This document shows, piece after piece, positions 11,989 to 23,968 of a stretch of 64,000 nt of DNA. Each line of letters starts with the position of its first letter. The stretch's first letter is position 1. The DNA is from Alphaproteobacteria bacterium (lineage in GTDB: Bacteria > Pseudomonadota > Alphaproteobacteria > CALKHQ01). Location: assembly GCA_965227515.1 (NCBI GenBank), contig CBDDFZ010000001.1, positions 896,001-960,000 of the forward strand. Reading direction: 5' to 3'. The position numbers were made by a program, and so were the translations under genes. Below the pieces are notes generated by a model. That model did not search any database. It worked only from the letters and a program-made list of their open reading frames with translations, and was not told the origin of the DNA.

Positions 11989-13044
11989 ATGAGAACAATC
12001 AAGGGACCGGCCATTTTCCTGGCCCAGTTCGCCGGCGACAATCCGCCTTTCAATACGCTGTCGTCCATCGCCGACTATATGGCCGGACTGGGGTACAAGG
12101 GCCTGCAAATCCCCTCCTGGGACAGTCGCATGATCGACCTGGAAAAGGCGGCAGAAAGCCCGACGTATTGTGACGACCTCAAGGGCATGCTCGCCGACAA
12201 GGGCCTGGAAATCACCGAGCTGTCAACACATTTGCAGGGCCAGTTGGTGGCGGTCCATCCGGCCTATGACGCAGCCTTCGATGCCTTCGCGCCGGAGAAG
12301 GTGCACGGCAATCCGGCCGCGCGCCAGGAATGGGCGGTCAGCCAGCTTCATCTGGCGGCGCAGGCCTCCAAGAACCTGGGTCTGTCGGCGCACGCCACGT
12401 TCTCCGGCGCGCTGTTGTGGCCGTTCATGTACGCATGGCCGCCGCGCTCCGCCGGGTTGGTCGAGGCGGGCTTTGCCGAGCTCGCCCGGCGCTGGCGGCC
12501 GATCCTGGATGCGTTCGACGAGGCCGGGGTCGATGTCTGCTACGAGGTGCATCCCGGCGAGGACCTGCACGACGGCGCCACGGTGGAGATGTTCCTGGAC
12601 GCGGTCGACCAGCATCCGCGCGCCAACATCCTCTACGATCCCAGCCACTTCGTGCTGCAGGCGCTGGACTACCTGGAATACATCGACCTCTATCACGAGC
12701 GGATCAAGATGTTCCACGTCAAGGACGCGGAGTTCCGTCCCAACGGCCGGGTCGGCGCCTATGGCGGCTACCAGGGCTGGGTCGACCGCGCCGGGCGCTT
12801 CCGCTCGCTGGGCGACGGTCAGGTCGACTTCAAGTCGATCTTCTCCAAGATGGCGCAGTACGACTTCGAGGGCTGGGCCGTGCTGGAGTGGGAATGCGCC
12901 CTCAAGCACCCGGAGGACGGTGCCCGCGAAGGCGCGAAGTTCATCGCCGACCACATCATCAACGTGACCGAGGTGGCCTTCGACGACTTTGCCGCCGGCA
13001 GCGTCGACGAGCAGGCGAACCGCCGCATGCTCGGCATTTCGTAG
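11989..13044 (+). CDS. Sugar phosphate isomerase/epimerase (xylose isomerase-like TIM barrel)
   Basis: 'MRTIKGPAIFLAQF', 'YEVHPGEDLHDG', 'YDPSH', 'FHVKDAE', 'LEWE'; GGAGGGG RBS. Confidence 0.85.
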   Translation: MRTIKGPAIFLAQFAGDNPPFNTLSSIADYMAGLGYKGLQIPSWDSRMIDLEKAAESPTYCDDLKGMLADKGLEITELSTHLQGQLVAVHPAYDAAFDAFAPEKVHGNPAARQEWAVSQLHLAAQASKNLGLSAHATFSGALLWPFMYAWPPRSAGLVEAGFAELARRWRPILDAFDEAGVDVCYEVHPGEDLHDGATVEMFLDAVDQHPRANILYDPSHFVLQALDYLEYIDLYHERIKMFHVKDAEFRPNGRVGAYGGYQGWVDRAGRFRSLGDGQVDFKSIFSKMAQYDFEGWAVLEWECALKHPEDGAREGAKFIADHIINVTEVAFDDFAAGSVDEQANRRMLGIS

Positions 13045-13054
13045 GGAGGCCGGG

Positions 13055-14224
13055 ATGAGCGAGACCTCACAACGCCGCCTGCGGCTGGGCATGGTCGGCG
13101 GCGGCCAGGGCGCCTTCATCGGCGCCGTGCACCGGCTGTGCGCGCGGATGGACGATTGCTTCGAGCTGGTGGCCGGCGCCCTGTCGTCGTCGCCGGAGCG
13201 GTCGCGGGCCTCCGGCGCGGAGCTGGGCCTGGCGCCCGATCGCATCTACGACGACTACCAGACCATGGCGCGCGAGGAGGCGGGCCGCGACGACGGCATC
13301 GATGCGGTTGCCATCGTGACGCCGAACCACATGCACCACGGCCCGGCGGTCGCGTTCCTGGATGCCGGCATCCACGTCATCTGCGACAAGCCGATGACGA
13401 CCTCGGTCGCCGATGCCGTCGATCTTGTCACACGGGTCCGCCAGTCGGGCCTGGTGTTCGCGCTGACCCACAACTACACCGGCTACCCGTTGATCCGTGA
13501 GGCGCGCGACATGGTGGCGTCGGGCGAACTGGGCGAGATCCGCGTGGTGCAGGCCGAATACGCGCAGGACTGGCTGGCCACCAAGCTGGAAGACACCGGC
13601 ATGAAGCAGGCCGAATGGCGCACCGACCCGGCGCGGTCGGGGGCCGGCGGCTGCATCGGCGACATTGGCACCCATGCCTACAACCTGGCGAATTTCGTCA
13701 CCGGCATGCGGCCCGACACCCTGTCGGCGCAGCTCACGACTTTTGTGGACGGGCGGGCGCTGGACGACGATGCGCAGATCGCGCTGCGCTACGGCAACGG
13801 CGCGCGCGGCCAGCTTTGGGCGAGTCAGGTCTCGGTCGGCAACGAGAACGGCCTGACGCTCCGGGTCTATGGCGAGAAGGGCGGGTTCTCGTGGGGCCAG
13901 GAGAACCCAAATGTGATGACCTTCGCGCGGCTCGGCGAGCGCCCGCAGGTGGTCACCCGTGGCGGTGGCGGCCTGGGTGGGGCGGCGGCCGCCAGCACCC
14001 GCGTGCCGCCGGGCCATCCGGAGGGCTATCTGGAGGGCTTCGCCAACATCTACCGCGATGCGGCGGCGAAGATCCGTGCCCATACGGCAGGCGAGGCGCC
14101 GCCGGAGTCGGCGATGCTGGTGCCGACGGTGGAAGACGGCGCCCATGGTATGAAATTCATCGAGGCGGCGGTCGAATCCAGCCGCAACGATGCGGCTTGG
14201 GTCAGTCTGGAGCTGGACATCTGA
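13055..14224 (+). CDS. Gfo/Idh/MocA-family oxidoreductase
   Basis: '[15 protein letters not shown]', 'TPNHMH', 'ICDKP', 'GDIGTH'. Confidence 0.9.
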   Translation: MSETSQRRLRLGMVGGGQGAFIGAVHRLCARMDDCFELVAGALSSSPERSRASGAELGLAPDRIYDDYQTMAREEAGRDDGIDAVAIVTPNHMHHGPAVAFLDAGIHVICDKPMTTSVADAVDLVTRVRQSGLVFALTHNYTGYPLIREARDMVASGELGEIRVVQAEYAQDWLATKLEDTGMKQAEWRTDPARSGAGGCIGDIGTHAYNLANFVTGMRPDTLSAQLTTFVDGRALDDDAQIALRYGNGARGQLWASQVSVGNENGLTLRVYGEKGGFSWGQENPNVMTFARLGERPQVVTRGGGGLGGAAAASTRVPPGHPEGYLEGFANIYRDAAAKIRAHTAGEAPPESAMLVPTVEDGAHGMKFIEAAVESSRNDAAWVSLELDI

Positions 14225-15618
14225 GCGACGATATCGCGCTGGAGCCCGGCGTCGGCCGGCTCCGGCGTTTCTTAGCCCTGTTCGGTGCCGGCGCCGACGG
14301 CCCTGCCGCGGTCGGCGAAGCGATTCGTCGTGCCGAGCTGGCGGGTTTGCGCGTCGCCACCATGGCGCGGCTGATCGCGATCGGCGTGGTCTTCGTCTGG
14401 CTCACCATCCTGATCGGCAATTTCGACATCGTCGCCTTCTACTGGGCGATGCTGGCGCTGTTCGCGCTCAGCACCATCGCGCAATACCAGGTCGGCAAGC
14501 GCGAGCCGCCGTTCTGGATCTCCAGCATCGCGTTCCCGACCCTGGATATCGTGCTGATCTGCCTGGCCGGTCTGTGGCCCAACCCGCTGGACCCGGAGGC
14601 AGTGCCGCCGCCGATGGGGCTGAAGCTCTCCAACCACATCTATTTCATGCTGATCCTGTGCACCAACGCGCTCAGCTATGTGCCCGGCCGGGTGGCGTGG
14701 ACCGGCATTGCGTCCGGCGCGGTCTGGCTGGCGGCGGCGTTCATCATCAGCTTCATGCCGGGCATGACCACCGAGTTCGTGCTGATGGAGGACGGCGGCG
14801 CGCCCTGGTACGAGCAGGCGATGCGGGCCGATTTCGTCAATTTGAACGACGCGATCACGGTCGCCATCGTCTATGTGCTGGCCGGGCTGACCCTGGCGGC
14901 GGTGGTGCAGCGCGCCCGCCGCATGGTGCTGCGCCAGACCGCGACCGCGCGGGCGCGGGCCAACCTGACCCGCTATTTCCCGCCCAACGTCGTCAAGCAG
15001 TTGCAGGAGCGCGACCAGCCGTTCGCCGACGTGCGCCAGCAGAAAGTGGCGGTGATGTTTGTCGACATGGTGGGCTTCACCCGCCAGGCCGAGGGGATGA
15101 CGCCGCAGCAGATGGTCGGCTTCGTGCGCCAGTTCCACCGGCGGATGGAAGGCATCGTGTTCGCCAATGACGGCACGCTGGACAAGTATCTGGGCGACGG
15201 CCTGATGGTCACCTTCGGCACGCCGGCCACCGGGCCGCGCGACGCCGCTGACGCGGTGTCGTGCGCACTGGCCATCCAGGTCGACATGGCGGCGTGGAAC
15301 CGCGAGCGCGCCAGCCATGGCTTGCCGCCGGTGCGGGTCGGCGTCGGCATCCACTATGGCGACGTGGTGATGGCGGACGTGGGTGCGGCCCGCCGGCTGG
15401 AGTTCGCCGTGCTCGGCGACACGGTCAATGTGGCGAGCCGGCTGGAGGAACTGACCCGCGGCCTCGGCGCCGACATCGTCGCCAGCGACGAGGCGATCCA
15501 GGCGGCCCAGGCCCAGGGCGCCGATGTGTCCGGCTTCCGGCGCGCGCCGGCCCAGGCCCTGCGTGGCCGCGACGCGCCGATCGAGGTCTGGCTCTGCGGC
15601 GTCGAAGCTGACAGCTAG
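14221..15618 (+). CDS. Membrane-bound class III adenylate/guanylate cyclase
   Basis: TM region, then 'MFVDMVGFT', 'DKYLGDG', 'VGIHYG', 'GDTVNVASRLE'; start uncertain (CTG 14221 or ATG 14362). Confidence 0.85.
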   Translation: MSDDIALEPGVGRLRRFLALFGAGADGPAAVGEAIRRAELAGLRVATMARLIAIGVVFVWLTILIGNFDIVAFYWAMLALFALSTIAQYQVGKREPPFWISSIAFPTLDIVLICLAGLWPNPLDPEAVPPPMGLKLSNHIYFMLILCTNALSYVPGRVAWTGIASGAVWLAAAFIISFMPGMTTEFVLMEDGGAPWYEQAMRADFVNLNDAITVAIVYVLAGLTLAAVVQRARRMVLRQTATARARANLTRYFPPNVVKQLQERDQPFADVRQQKVAVMFVDMVGFTRQAEGMTPQQMVGFVRQFHRRMEGIVFANDGTLDKYLGDGLMVTFGTPATGPRDAADAVSCALAIQVDMAAWNRERASHGLPPVRVGVGIHYGDVVMADVGAARRLEFAVLGDTVNVASRLEELTRGLGADIVASDEAIQAAQAQGADVSGFRRAPAQALRGRDAPIEVWLCGVEADS

Positions 15619-15695
15619 AGTGCCTGTGTTTATGGTCTAGCGGCGCCATTCGGCGCCAACATGCCAACAGCATCGTTCTCGTCATGGGGGGAGAC

Positions 15696-16358
15696 ATGAC
15701 AGGACCTCAGGAACGGCCGTCGCTGCGCCACCGCCTGTTCGCCGACTTCATGGCGAAGGCGGACGACGAGAGCCACCGGCTGTATGCGGAGAAGAAGCAG
15801 GCGCTGCTCAGCGCGTTGCGCGGCCGCGTGCTGGAGATCGGCCCCGGCACCGGGGTCAATCTGCGCTATCTGAGCCCCGAGGTGACCTGGATCGGGGTCG
15901 AGCCGAACACCGCCATGCACCCGCACCTGCGCGCCGAAGCGGAGCGGCTGGGCCTTGCCGTCGAGCTGCATACCGGCATGTCGGAGGCGCTGGGTGTCGA
16001 GGCCGGCAGCGTCGACATCGTGCTCAGCACGCTGGTGCTGTGCTCGGTCAGCGACATGCGCCAGGTCATGGCGGAGGTCCAGCGGGTGCTGAAACCTGGC
16101 GGCCGGTTCGTCTTCCTGGAGCACGTCGCCGACCGGCGCTGGACCTTCCGCTGGATGGTGCAGAAACCTATGCCGTTCACGCCGTGGCGGTTCTTCTCCG
16201 ACGGGTGCGATCCGGGGCGCGACATCGGCGCGGTCATCGCCGCCGCGGGGTTCGAGGACGTGGACTGCACGCCGTACATGCAGGACGGCCCCGGCATCAT
16301 CCTGGCGATCAACCGCCCGCACATCTGGGGCTCGGCCCGCAAGCGGACAACTGTGTGA
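15696..16358 (+). CDS. Class I SAM-dependent methyltransferase
   Basis: 'VLEIGPGTG', 'LVLCSV', 'RVLKPGG.FVFLEH'. Confidence 0.85.
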   Translation: MTGPQERPSLRHRLFADFMAKADDESHRLYAEKKQALLSALRGRVLEIGPGTGVNLRYLSPEVTWIGVEPNTAMHPHLRAEAERLGLAVELHTGMSEALGVEAGSVDIVLSTLVLCSVSDMRQVMAEVQRVLKPGGRFVFLEHVADRRWTFRWMVQKPMPFTPWRFFSDGCDPGRDIGAVIAAAGFEDVDCTPYMQDGPGIILAINRPHIWGSARKRTTV

Positions 16359-16388
16359 TCAGGCGCCTTGCAGTGCCCGCGCCGCGGG

Positions 16389-17108
16389 TCAGGCAGAGAC
16401 GAGAGTCCAGAGTTGCCAAAGGCCCAATGCCATAACAGCGGCAAATGCAGCGCGCCCGCCATCGCGGAGTAATTTGGTCCACCATGTGATTTTCATATCG
16501 CTGGGTTGGTCCTGCAGTTCGTACACCCACCAACTCATCAGACGAATGGCGACCATGATCAGGGTGCGTCGTACGACATCGACATCTGAAATCCTGAGTG
16601 CGAATGAAAGCACATCGTCAGCCTCAGGTCGTCCGACAGGCTTGTACACATAGTCTTCCGGATCATCGATTTCTCCGGAATTTCTAATGTAGTCCTCGCT
16701 AATCTCCTGAACGAATTCATACCTCAACATGAACAGATAATCGTGGACCACGGAAGCTTCGGTGTGCCCGCCCGTCCTGGAGATCAGCCACCGAAACACC
16801 CAAGGAATGCTTGAAAAATCGGTATGCACAATCTTGTGCGCCTGACAGCAAGTGATCGGGCAGTTTCTAGATTTGCAATCTCGCTTGCACTCTTCGCCCA
16901 GGACCGGGTTTAGCTTGCTCTCGAGGATCCATTGGTAAGGGGGAATGACAAAATTCTTCGTCTCATCGCCGACTGTGTAAGAAAAATGATAGGGTTTATC
17001 GAAGAAAAACAGATCACCGAAGTCGACGTTATCTGGGCACGGGCGCGCGTTGAATCTGATCAGTGCCATATGACTTTCAAATGCGAACTCTGTAATAGGT
17101 TTTCGCAT
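16389..17108 (-). CDS. DUF1353-like protein, copy 1
   Basis: 'TDFSSIPW...EASVVHDYL...R.EAD'; C-terminal hydrophobic helix; visibly lower GC; AGGAG RBS. Confidence 0.7.
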   Translation of the reverse strand: MRKPITEFAFESHMALIRFNARPCPDNVDFGDLFFFDKPYHFSYTVGDETKNFVIPPYQWILESKLNPVLGEECKRDCKSRNCPITCCQAHKIVHTDFSSIPWVFRWLISRTGGHTEASVVHDYLFMLRYEFVQEISEDYIRNSGEIDDPEDYVYKPVGRPEADDVLSFALRISDVDVVRRTLIMVAIRLMSWWVYELQDQPSDMKITWWTKLLRDGGRAAFAAVMALGLWQLWTLVSA

Positions 17109-17141
17109 AATAAACTCCTAAGAAATACAACTATGAGTTGG

Positions 17142-17171
17142 ATTATGCCGGACCTGATCCGATATCGTCAA
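17142..17171 (-). promoter_or_regulatory. Putative sigma70 promoter of DUF1353 copy 1
   Basis: Minus strand TTGACG-N18-CATAAT, about 35 nt upstream of the ATG. Confidence 0.45.
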
Positions 17172-17284
17172 ACTAATTAGGGCGCGCACGGACTGAGCCG
17201 GATGTCCGGCCAACGTTCCCATTCAACGTCGCGGCGCCACGTCAACGCATCCCTCCAGATCCCAGATAGACCGCCCCACGTATT

Positions 17285-17313
17285 TTGCGATTGCGAGTGA
17301 GTTGCAACTGCAA
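17285..17313 (+). promoter_or_regulatory. Putative Fur/Mur-type metal-responsive operator
   Basis: Near-palindrome TTGCGA-gtgag-TTGCAA with overlapping extra half-sites upstream of an iron-uptake operon. Confidence 0.55.
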
Positions 17314-17426
17314 TATAGATCGACGGCAGAAACAACCTGCATGATGGCCATGAGGGGAACGGCGCGGGCACGCGCGCGCCGCTGGGGCGGTTGTGCCTGG
17401 CAGCCACGTAAAGGAGGCACTGAGCC

Positions 17427-18707
17427 ATGCGAATCTCAACGGAAACGACACGACAATTCAGGCTATTGGCGCCGGCTGCGGCGGCACTGGCGCTGGTACC
17501 GCAAGCGGCCAGCGCGGCGGATGAAGCGGCGGTCATGGCCAACTATGCCGACATCGCGCATGCGATCTATGCCGATGCGCTGACCACCGCCGGGACCCTG
17601 AACGAGGCGGTGCAGGCGTTGGTGGAGAGCCCGTCGCCGGTGACCATGGCGGCGGCTCGCGGCGCCTGGCTGGAAGCGCGCGCCGCCTATCAGCCGTCGG
17701 AGGCGTTCCGCTTCGGCAACCCGCTGGTCGACGACTGGGAGGGCCGGGTCAACGCCTGGCCGCTGGACGAGGGCCTGATCGACTATGTCGACACCGGCGC
17801 CTATGGGTTCGAGAGCGACGAGAACATGCTCTACACCGCCAACGTCATCGCCAACCCGACGCTGACCTTCGGCGGCGAGACGGTGGATGCCTCGGTCATC
17901 GATGCCGCGCTGCTGCAGGACACGTTGCAGGAGGCCGACAATATCGAGGCGAACGTCGCCACCGGCTACCACGCCATCGAATTCCTGCTCTGGGGCCAGG
18001 ACCTGAACGGCACCGATGCCGGTGCGGGCGACCGCCCCTACACTGACTATGACGCCGCAAACTGCACCGGCGGCAATTGCGACCGGCGGGCGGAATACCT
18101 GCTGGCCGCCGCCGAGCTGCTGGTCGCCGACCTGGAAGAGATGGTGGCGCTGTGGGACGACGACGGCGCTGCGCGCGCCGAGGCGGCGGACGCCGGGCCG
18201 ACCGCGATCGTCACCGGGCTCGGCAGCCTGTCATATGGCGAGCTGGCCGGCGAGCGCATGCAGCTCGGCCTGTTGCTGCACGACCCGGAAGAGGAGCATG
18301 ACTGCTTCTCCGACAACACCCACCACAGCCACTACTACGACCAGGTGGGCATGCAGGCGGTCTATCAGGGCCAGTATGTCGGCATCGACGGGCATGTGGT
18401 GGCCGGGCCGTCGCTGTCCGACCTGGTGGCCGCGGCCGACCCGGCCCTGGACGCGCGGGTGCAGGCGCTGATGGATGCGACCTCTGCGCGCATGGCGCAC
18501 ATGGTGGCGGTGGCCGAAGGTGGCGTCGCCTATGACCAGATGCTGGGCCAGGGCAACGATGCCGGCAACGCCGTGCTGCAGGGGGTGATCGACGCCCTGG
18601 TCGCACAGGCCGGCGGCTTCGAGGAGGTGGTCGCCACCCTGGGCTACGACGTCAGCGGGTTCGAAGGCTCCGACAGCCTGGACGATCCTGACGCCGTGTA
18701 CGAATAA
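17427..18707 (+). CDS. Imelysin-family iron-regulated protein (IrpA/IcmP-like)
   Basis: 'VNAWPLDEGLIDYV', 'TGYHAIEFLLWGQD', 'EEEHDCFSDNTH'; signal peptide. Confidence 0.9.
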   Translation: MRISTETTRQFRLLAPAAAALALVPQAASAADEAAVMANYADIAHAIYADALTTAGTLNEAVQALVESPSPVTMAAARGAWLEARAAYQPSEAFRFGNPLVDDWEGRVNAWPLDEGLIDYVDTGAYGFESDENMLYTANVIANPTLTFGGETVDASVIDAALLQDTLQEADNIEANVATGYHAIEFLLWGQDLNGTDAGAGDRPYTDYDAANCTGGNCDRRAEYLLAAAELLVADLEEMVALWDDDGAARAEAADAGPTAIVTGLGSLSYGELAGERMQLGLLLHDPEEEHDCFSDNTHHSHYYDQVGMQAVYQGQYVGIDGHVVAGPSLSDLVAAADPALDARVQALMDATSARMAHMVAVAEGGVAYDQMLGQGNDAGNAVLQGVIDALVAQAGGFEEVVATLGYDVSGFEGSDSLDDPDAVYE

Positions 18708-18733
18708 GCGGCCGGCGAGCCGCGGGAGCTGCA

Positions 18734-20220
<1,487 letters not shown>

Positions 20221-20221
<1 letters not shown>

Positions 20222-21267
20222 TGCGCATGGCATCCGTCTTTCTGGCCGCGAGCATGGCCGCGGGCGTGGCCGCGCTGGCCGCCGGCCCAGCCTCGGCACA
20301 ATTGCCCGACACGCTGCAGCCGGGCCTCAACGCGCGCATCGCTGCGGCCCACGCGGATCTGGCCGACGCTGCGGCGGATCTGGTCACCCACGTCGGCGCC
20401 TTCTGTGCCGGCGACGCCGACCGTTCTGCGGCCGCCGACGCCTATCACGCCGCGGCCGACGCATTTATGCCGATCCAGTGGGCCGGCATCGGCATCGCGA
20501 TCGCGTTCGACCGCCGCTTCCGCCTCAACTTCTGGCCCGACGACACCAACGCGATCAGCCGCCAGCTTGCCGAGGCGGTGACGGACCAGCCGCCGGAGCT
20601 GTTGACGCCGGAGGGCATGGCGGACGCCAGCGTCGCCCTGCAGGGCCTGCCGGCATTGGAGCGCCTGCTGTTCGGCCAGCCGCTGGCCGAGCCGGGCACT
20701 TACGCCTGCGATCTGGCTGTCGCCATCGCCGGCAGCGTATCGGCGGTATCGACCGAGCTGGCGGACGGTTGGGCCGACCCAGCCGGCCCGATGCTGGCGA
20801 TGGATGCCGAAACCTATCTGGATCACGTGTTGAGCGGCATCTACGGCCATCTGGAACTGGTCGGCGACCGCAAGATCGGCCGCGTGGCCGGACCGACCCT
20901 GGACGAGGCGCGGCCGCGCCGCAGCGAGGCGTGGCGCTCCGGACGGTCGCTGCGCAATATCGCCCTCAACCTGGAAGCCGTGGAGTACGTTCTGTTCGGT
21001 TCTGGAGGAGAGGGCCTGTTGGTGGATTTCGCTGGCACGCCGGCGGCCGAGGCGCTTGCCCAGCTCGAGGTCCACATCTCCGTCGCCCGGGCGCTCGCCG
21101 AACCGATGCGCGACCACACCATGGCCGACATGCTGGCGACCCCCGAGGGCCACGCCGCGTTGCTGGACTTGCGCAAGGCCATCGACGCGATCCGCCAGGA
21201 CCTGGCGCTGTCGGTCTATCCGGCGCTGGGGCTCAGGGTCGGCTTCAACAGCGCGGACGGCGATTGA
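20221..21267 (+). CDS. Imelysin-family protein (second type)
   Basis: 'NFWPD', 'QGLPALERLLF', 'EAWRSGRSL', C-terminal 'GFNSADGD'. Confidence 0.85.
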
Positions 21268-22391
21268 TGGCCCATTGGCTTTCCCGCCGCGAGGCCCTGG
21301 GTGGGGCGGCCGCTTTGGCGGCGGCAACGCTCGTCGGATCGGCGCGGTCGACCTTTGCCGCACCAGCTTCGGTGCGATTGTTCGGCAGCGCGCTCGATCG
21401 TGGGGGCGACAACGCGCTGCGGCTGGCGGTTCCCGGCGGCGAGGCGATGCAAATCGCGTCGCTGCCGGGCCGCGGTCACGAGGTTTGCGTGTCGGACGAC
21501 GGCTCCGTCGCGGTGGTGGTGGCGCGCCGCCCCGGTACCTTTGCGGTTGCATTCGATCCGGCAAGCCTGGAGATCCTGCGGCGTTTAGAAAGCCCGCCTG
21601 ACCGGCACTTCTATGGCCATGGCGCGTTCTCGCGCGATGGGCGGCTGTTCTTCGCCACTGAGAACGCATTCGACGAGGACGGGGCCGGGCGGATCGGCAT
21701 CTACGACGTGGCGGACGGGTTCGCGCGGGTCGGCGAGTGGTCGAGCCATGGCATCGGCCCGCACGACCTGGTGCGCGCGCCCGGCGGCGACTGGCTGGTC
21801 GCCGGCAATGGCGGCATCCGCACCCACCCCAACACCGGGCGTGCCAAGCTGAACGTCGACACCATGCAGCCGAGCGTGGTGGTGGTGGATGGTGCCACCG
21901 GCGCGCTGGTGGCCGAGCACCGGCTGCCGGCCGAGCTGCGTCATCTCAGCCTTCGCCACCTCGCGATCCGCGACGATGGCCGGCTGGTGGTCGGCGGCCA
22001 GTGGGAGGGCGATCCGACCGTCCACACGCCGCTGGTGGCCGTGGGGTCGCTGGCGGACGGCATCGCGCCGGTCCCGATGGCGGACGGGCAGACCGCGGCG
22101 CTCGCCAACTACATCGGCAGCGTCAGCCTGTCACCGGATGGACGACTGGCCGCCGCCTCCGCGCCGCGTGGCGGGCACTGCGCCATCGTCGCGGTCGACG
22201 GCCCGCTTCTGGTCGACATGCTGGCGATCGAGGATGTCTGCGGCACCGCCCCCGCGCCGGCCGGCAGCGGCCTCTACCTCAGCGACGGCCTGGGCCGCCT
22301 GCATACCTATGACGGCGGCCAACTCACCCCGGTCGACGTGGTGCAGGCGCCTTACGCCTGGGACAACCATTTGGCCGTACTGCCTGGTTGA
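21267..22391 (+). CDS. DUF1513-family Tat-exported beta-propeller protein
   Basis: 'LSRREAL' twin-Arg signal, 'ARRPG', 'HFYGHG', 'GIGPH', 'NGGIRTHP', 'WDNHL'. Confidence 0.85.
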   Translation: MAHWLSRREALGGAAALAAATLVGSARSTFAAPASVRLFGSALDRGGDNALRLAVPGGEAMQIASLPGRGHEVCVSDDGSVAVVVARRPGTFAVAFDPASLEILRRLESPPDRHFYGHGAFSRDGRLFFATENAFDEDGAGRIGIYDVADGFARVGEWSSHGIGPHDLVRAPGGDWLVAGNGGIRTHPNTGRAKLNVDTMQPSVVVVDGATGALVAEHRLPAELRHLSLRHLAIRDDGRLVVGGQWEGDPTVHTPLVAVGSLADGIAPVPMADGQTAALANYIGSVSLSPDGRLAAASAPRGGHCAIVAVDGPLLVDMLAIEDVCGTAPAPAGSGLYLSDGLGRLHTYDGGQLTPVDVVQAPYAWDNHLAVLPG

Positions 22392-22422
22392 AGGCACAAG
22401 GCGCCGTCCTCACCACCCGCCT

Positions 22423-22602
22423 TCGTCGTCCTCGCCCTTGTGGCGAGGACCCATTCCTGTCCAATGCGGCTGCGTTTCACTGGTTTCGCAGTCGAATGGG
22501 GACGACCTTGGGCCATTGGCCCGCGGCGACGACCAAGCCATGGGCGCACGTATCGCATCCGGCATTGCGATGGGCCCTCGCCACGGAGGGCGAGGGCGAC
22601 GA
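22423..22602. repeat. REP/MITE-like element family A, copy 2
   Basis: Same inverted arms as 6621-6799 around a different spacer. Confidence 0.85.
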
Positions 22603-22648
22603 GGTGTTTGGTTGCGAACATCGAGTGTCCGCGCGCCCGCTCCTGAGC

Positions 22649-23968
22649 CTACCAATAGCTCTGGGTGAGTTCGGCGTAGGTGTCGTAGAAGGCGCGCGCG
22701 TCGACCGCCATGTTCCAGTCGAACGGCCCGCTGTCGTTGAACAGCACGGCACTCTCGATGGCGATCACGTAGTGGCGCCCGCCCATCACCACCATGAACG
22801 GCGAGCCCGAGTCGCCCTGCAGCGTGTCGCACTCGTGGAACACGGTATTGTCGTCATAGACCTCGGTCAGGCGGCAGCCGATGTGCGCGCTGAGCTGGTA
22901 CTCGCTGTCGGCGCTGTAGCCGGCCTGGCTGACCGCCAGCCAACGGCCCAACGCGGCGTCGCGCAACTCGTCGGACGTCACCGGGTACACCGGCACGAAG
23001 CCGGCCTGGGCGCCGATCCGCTCGTCCAGGATCACGAACGCCCAGTCGAAGCCGTCGACGTCATGGGTCTGCATGCTCAGCACGTTGTCGTAGTTCGGCG
23101 AGATGTAGACCTCCGAGATGCCGGCGCGGGCGACGTAGTTGCCGCCGTTCTCGCCGGCGACGAACTCCACCGGCCAGTCGCGGTCATTGCTGTCGGAATA
23201 CATGAACAGGCAGTGGGCCGCGGTCAGCACCACCTGCTCGGAGACCAGCACGCCGGAGCAGATGCCGCCGCCCTGCATGTAAAGCTTGCCGATGGCGCTC
23301 CACGGCTGCTGGGAGGAGTCGACGAACACCCGGTCGTCGCGGCCGAAGAACACGCGATAGGCGTCGTCGACGGTGTAGCCGCCATATCCGCCGCCACCGC
23401 CCCCATAGCCGGGATTGGGGTACCCGCCACCGCCATAGCCGCCACCTCCTCCGCCGCCGCCGCCATAACTCGGCGTCCATTCGTCGATGATGTTGGGGCC
23501 ATTGCCATAGCCGCTGGCATAGTCGTCGATGATGTTCGGGCCGTTATAGCCACCCCCGCCGCCACCATCGCCGTAGATGCCACCCCAGGCGCTGTATCCG
23601 CCCTGGCAGTCGGCGACATCGGTGCCGTACAGGCACGCACCGGTGCCTTCGCCCGGATGGTCGCATTCGTTGTCGTAGGCAAAGACGCAATCGTTGGCGC
23701 CGAGCGCGTAGTTGCGTCCGCAGTCGTAGCTGTCGGTGCCGAACGCGCAATAGGCCGGGTCGACGAGGCCAAGCTCGTCGCACTCGCCGTCATAGGCGTA
23801 CTGGCAGGAATTGTCGTTGGCCTGCGCCGTCCCGGAAATCGACAGCGTCACGGCCATCAGCGCGCCGCCGAATGTGGCGGCAACGGCGAATGGTCTCAGG
23901 CCGATGCGACGGAGATCGTGTCGGTTGCGGCCGTTGGTCATGTGCGTGTGCGTCAGCATGGTGCCCAC
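22649..23968 (-). CDS. Secreted trypsin-like (V8-type) serine protease with N-terminal Cys-rich repeats and Gly-rich linker
   Basis: Catalytic triad motifs 'LTAAHC', 'DWAFV', 'GDSGSP'; signal peptide ending 'TAQA'. Confidence 0.8.
   Translation of the reverse strand: MGTMLTHTHMTNGRNRHDLRRIGLRPFAVAATFGGALMAVTLSISGTAQANDNSCQYAYDGECDELGLVDPAYCAFGTDSYDCGRNYALGANDCVFAYDNECDHPGEGTGACLYGTDVADCQGGYSAWGGIYGDGGGGGGYNGPNIIDDYASGYGNGPNIIDEWTPSYGGGGGGGGGYGGGGYPNPGYGGGGGGYGGYTVDDAYRVFFGRDDRVFVDSSQQPWSAIGKLYMQGGGICSGVLVSEQVVLTAAHCLFMYSDSNDRDWPVEFVAGENGGNYVARAGISEVYISPNYDNVLSMQTHDVDGFDWAFVILDERIGAQAGFVPVYPVTSDELRDAALGRWLAVSQAGYSADSEYQLSAHIGCRLTEVYDDNTVFHECDTLQGDSGSPFMVVMGGRHYVIAIESAVLFNDSGPFDWNMAVDARAFYDTYAELTQSYW

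Noticed and set aside
13615-14220. Long N-terminal extensions of ORF-track calls (also at 5396, 11557, 20478, 28637, 52898 and 56440)
   Set aside because: They overlap well-supported upstream genes; internal starts with an RBS or stop/start overlap fit better
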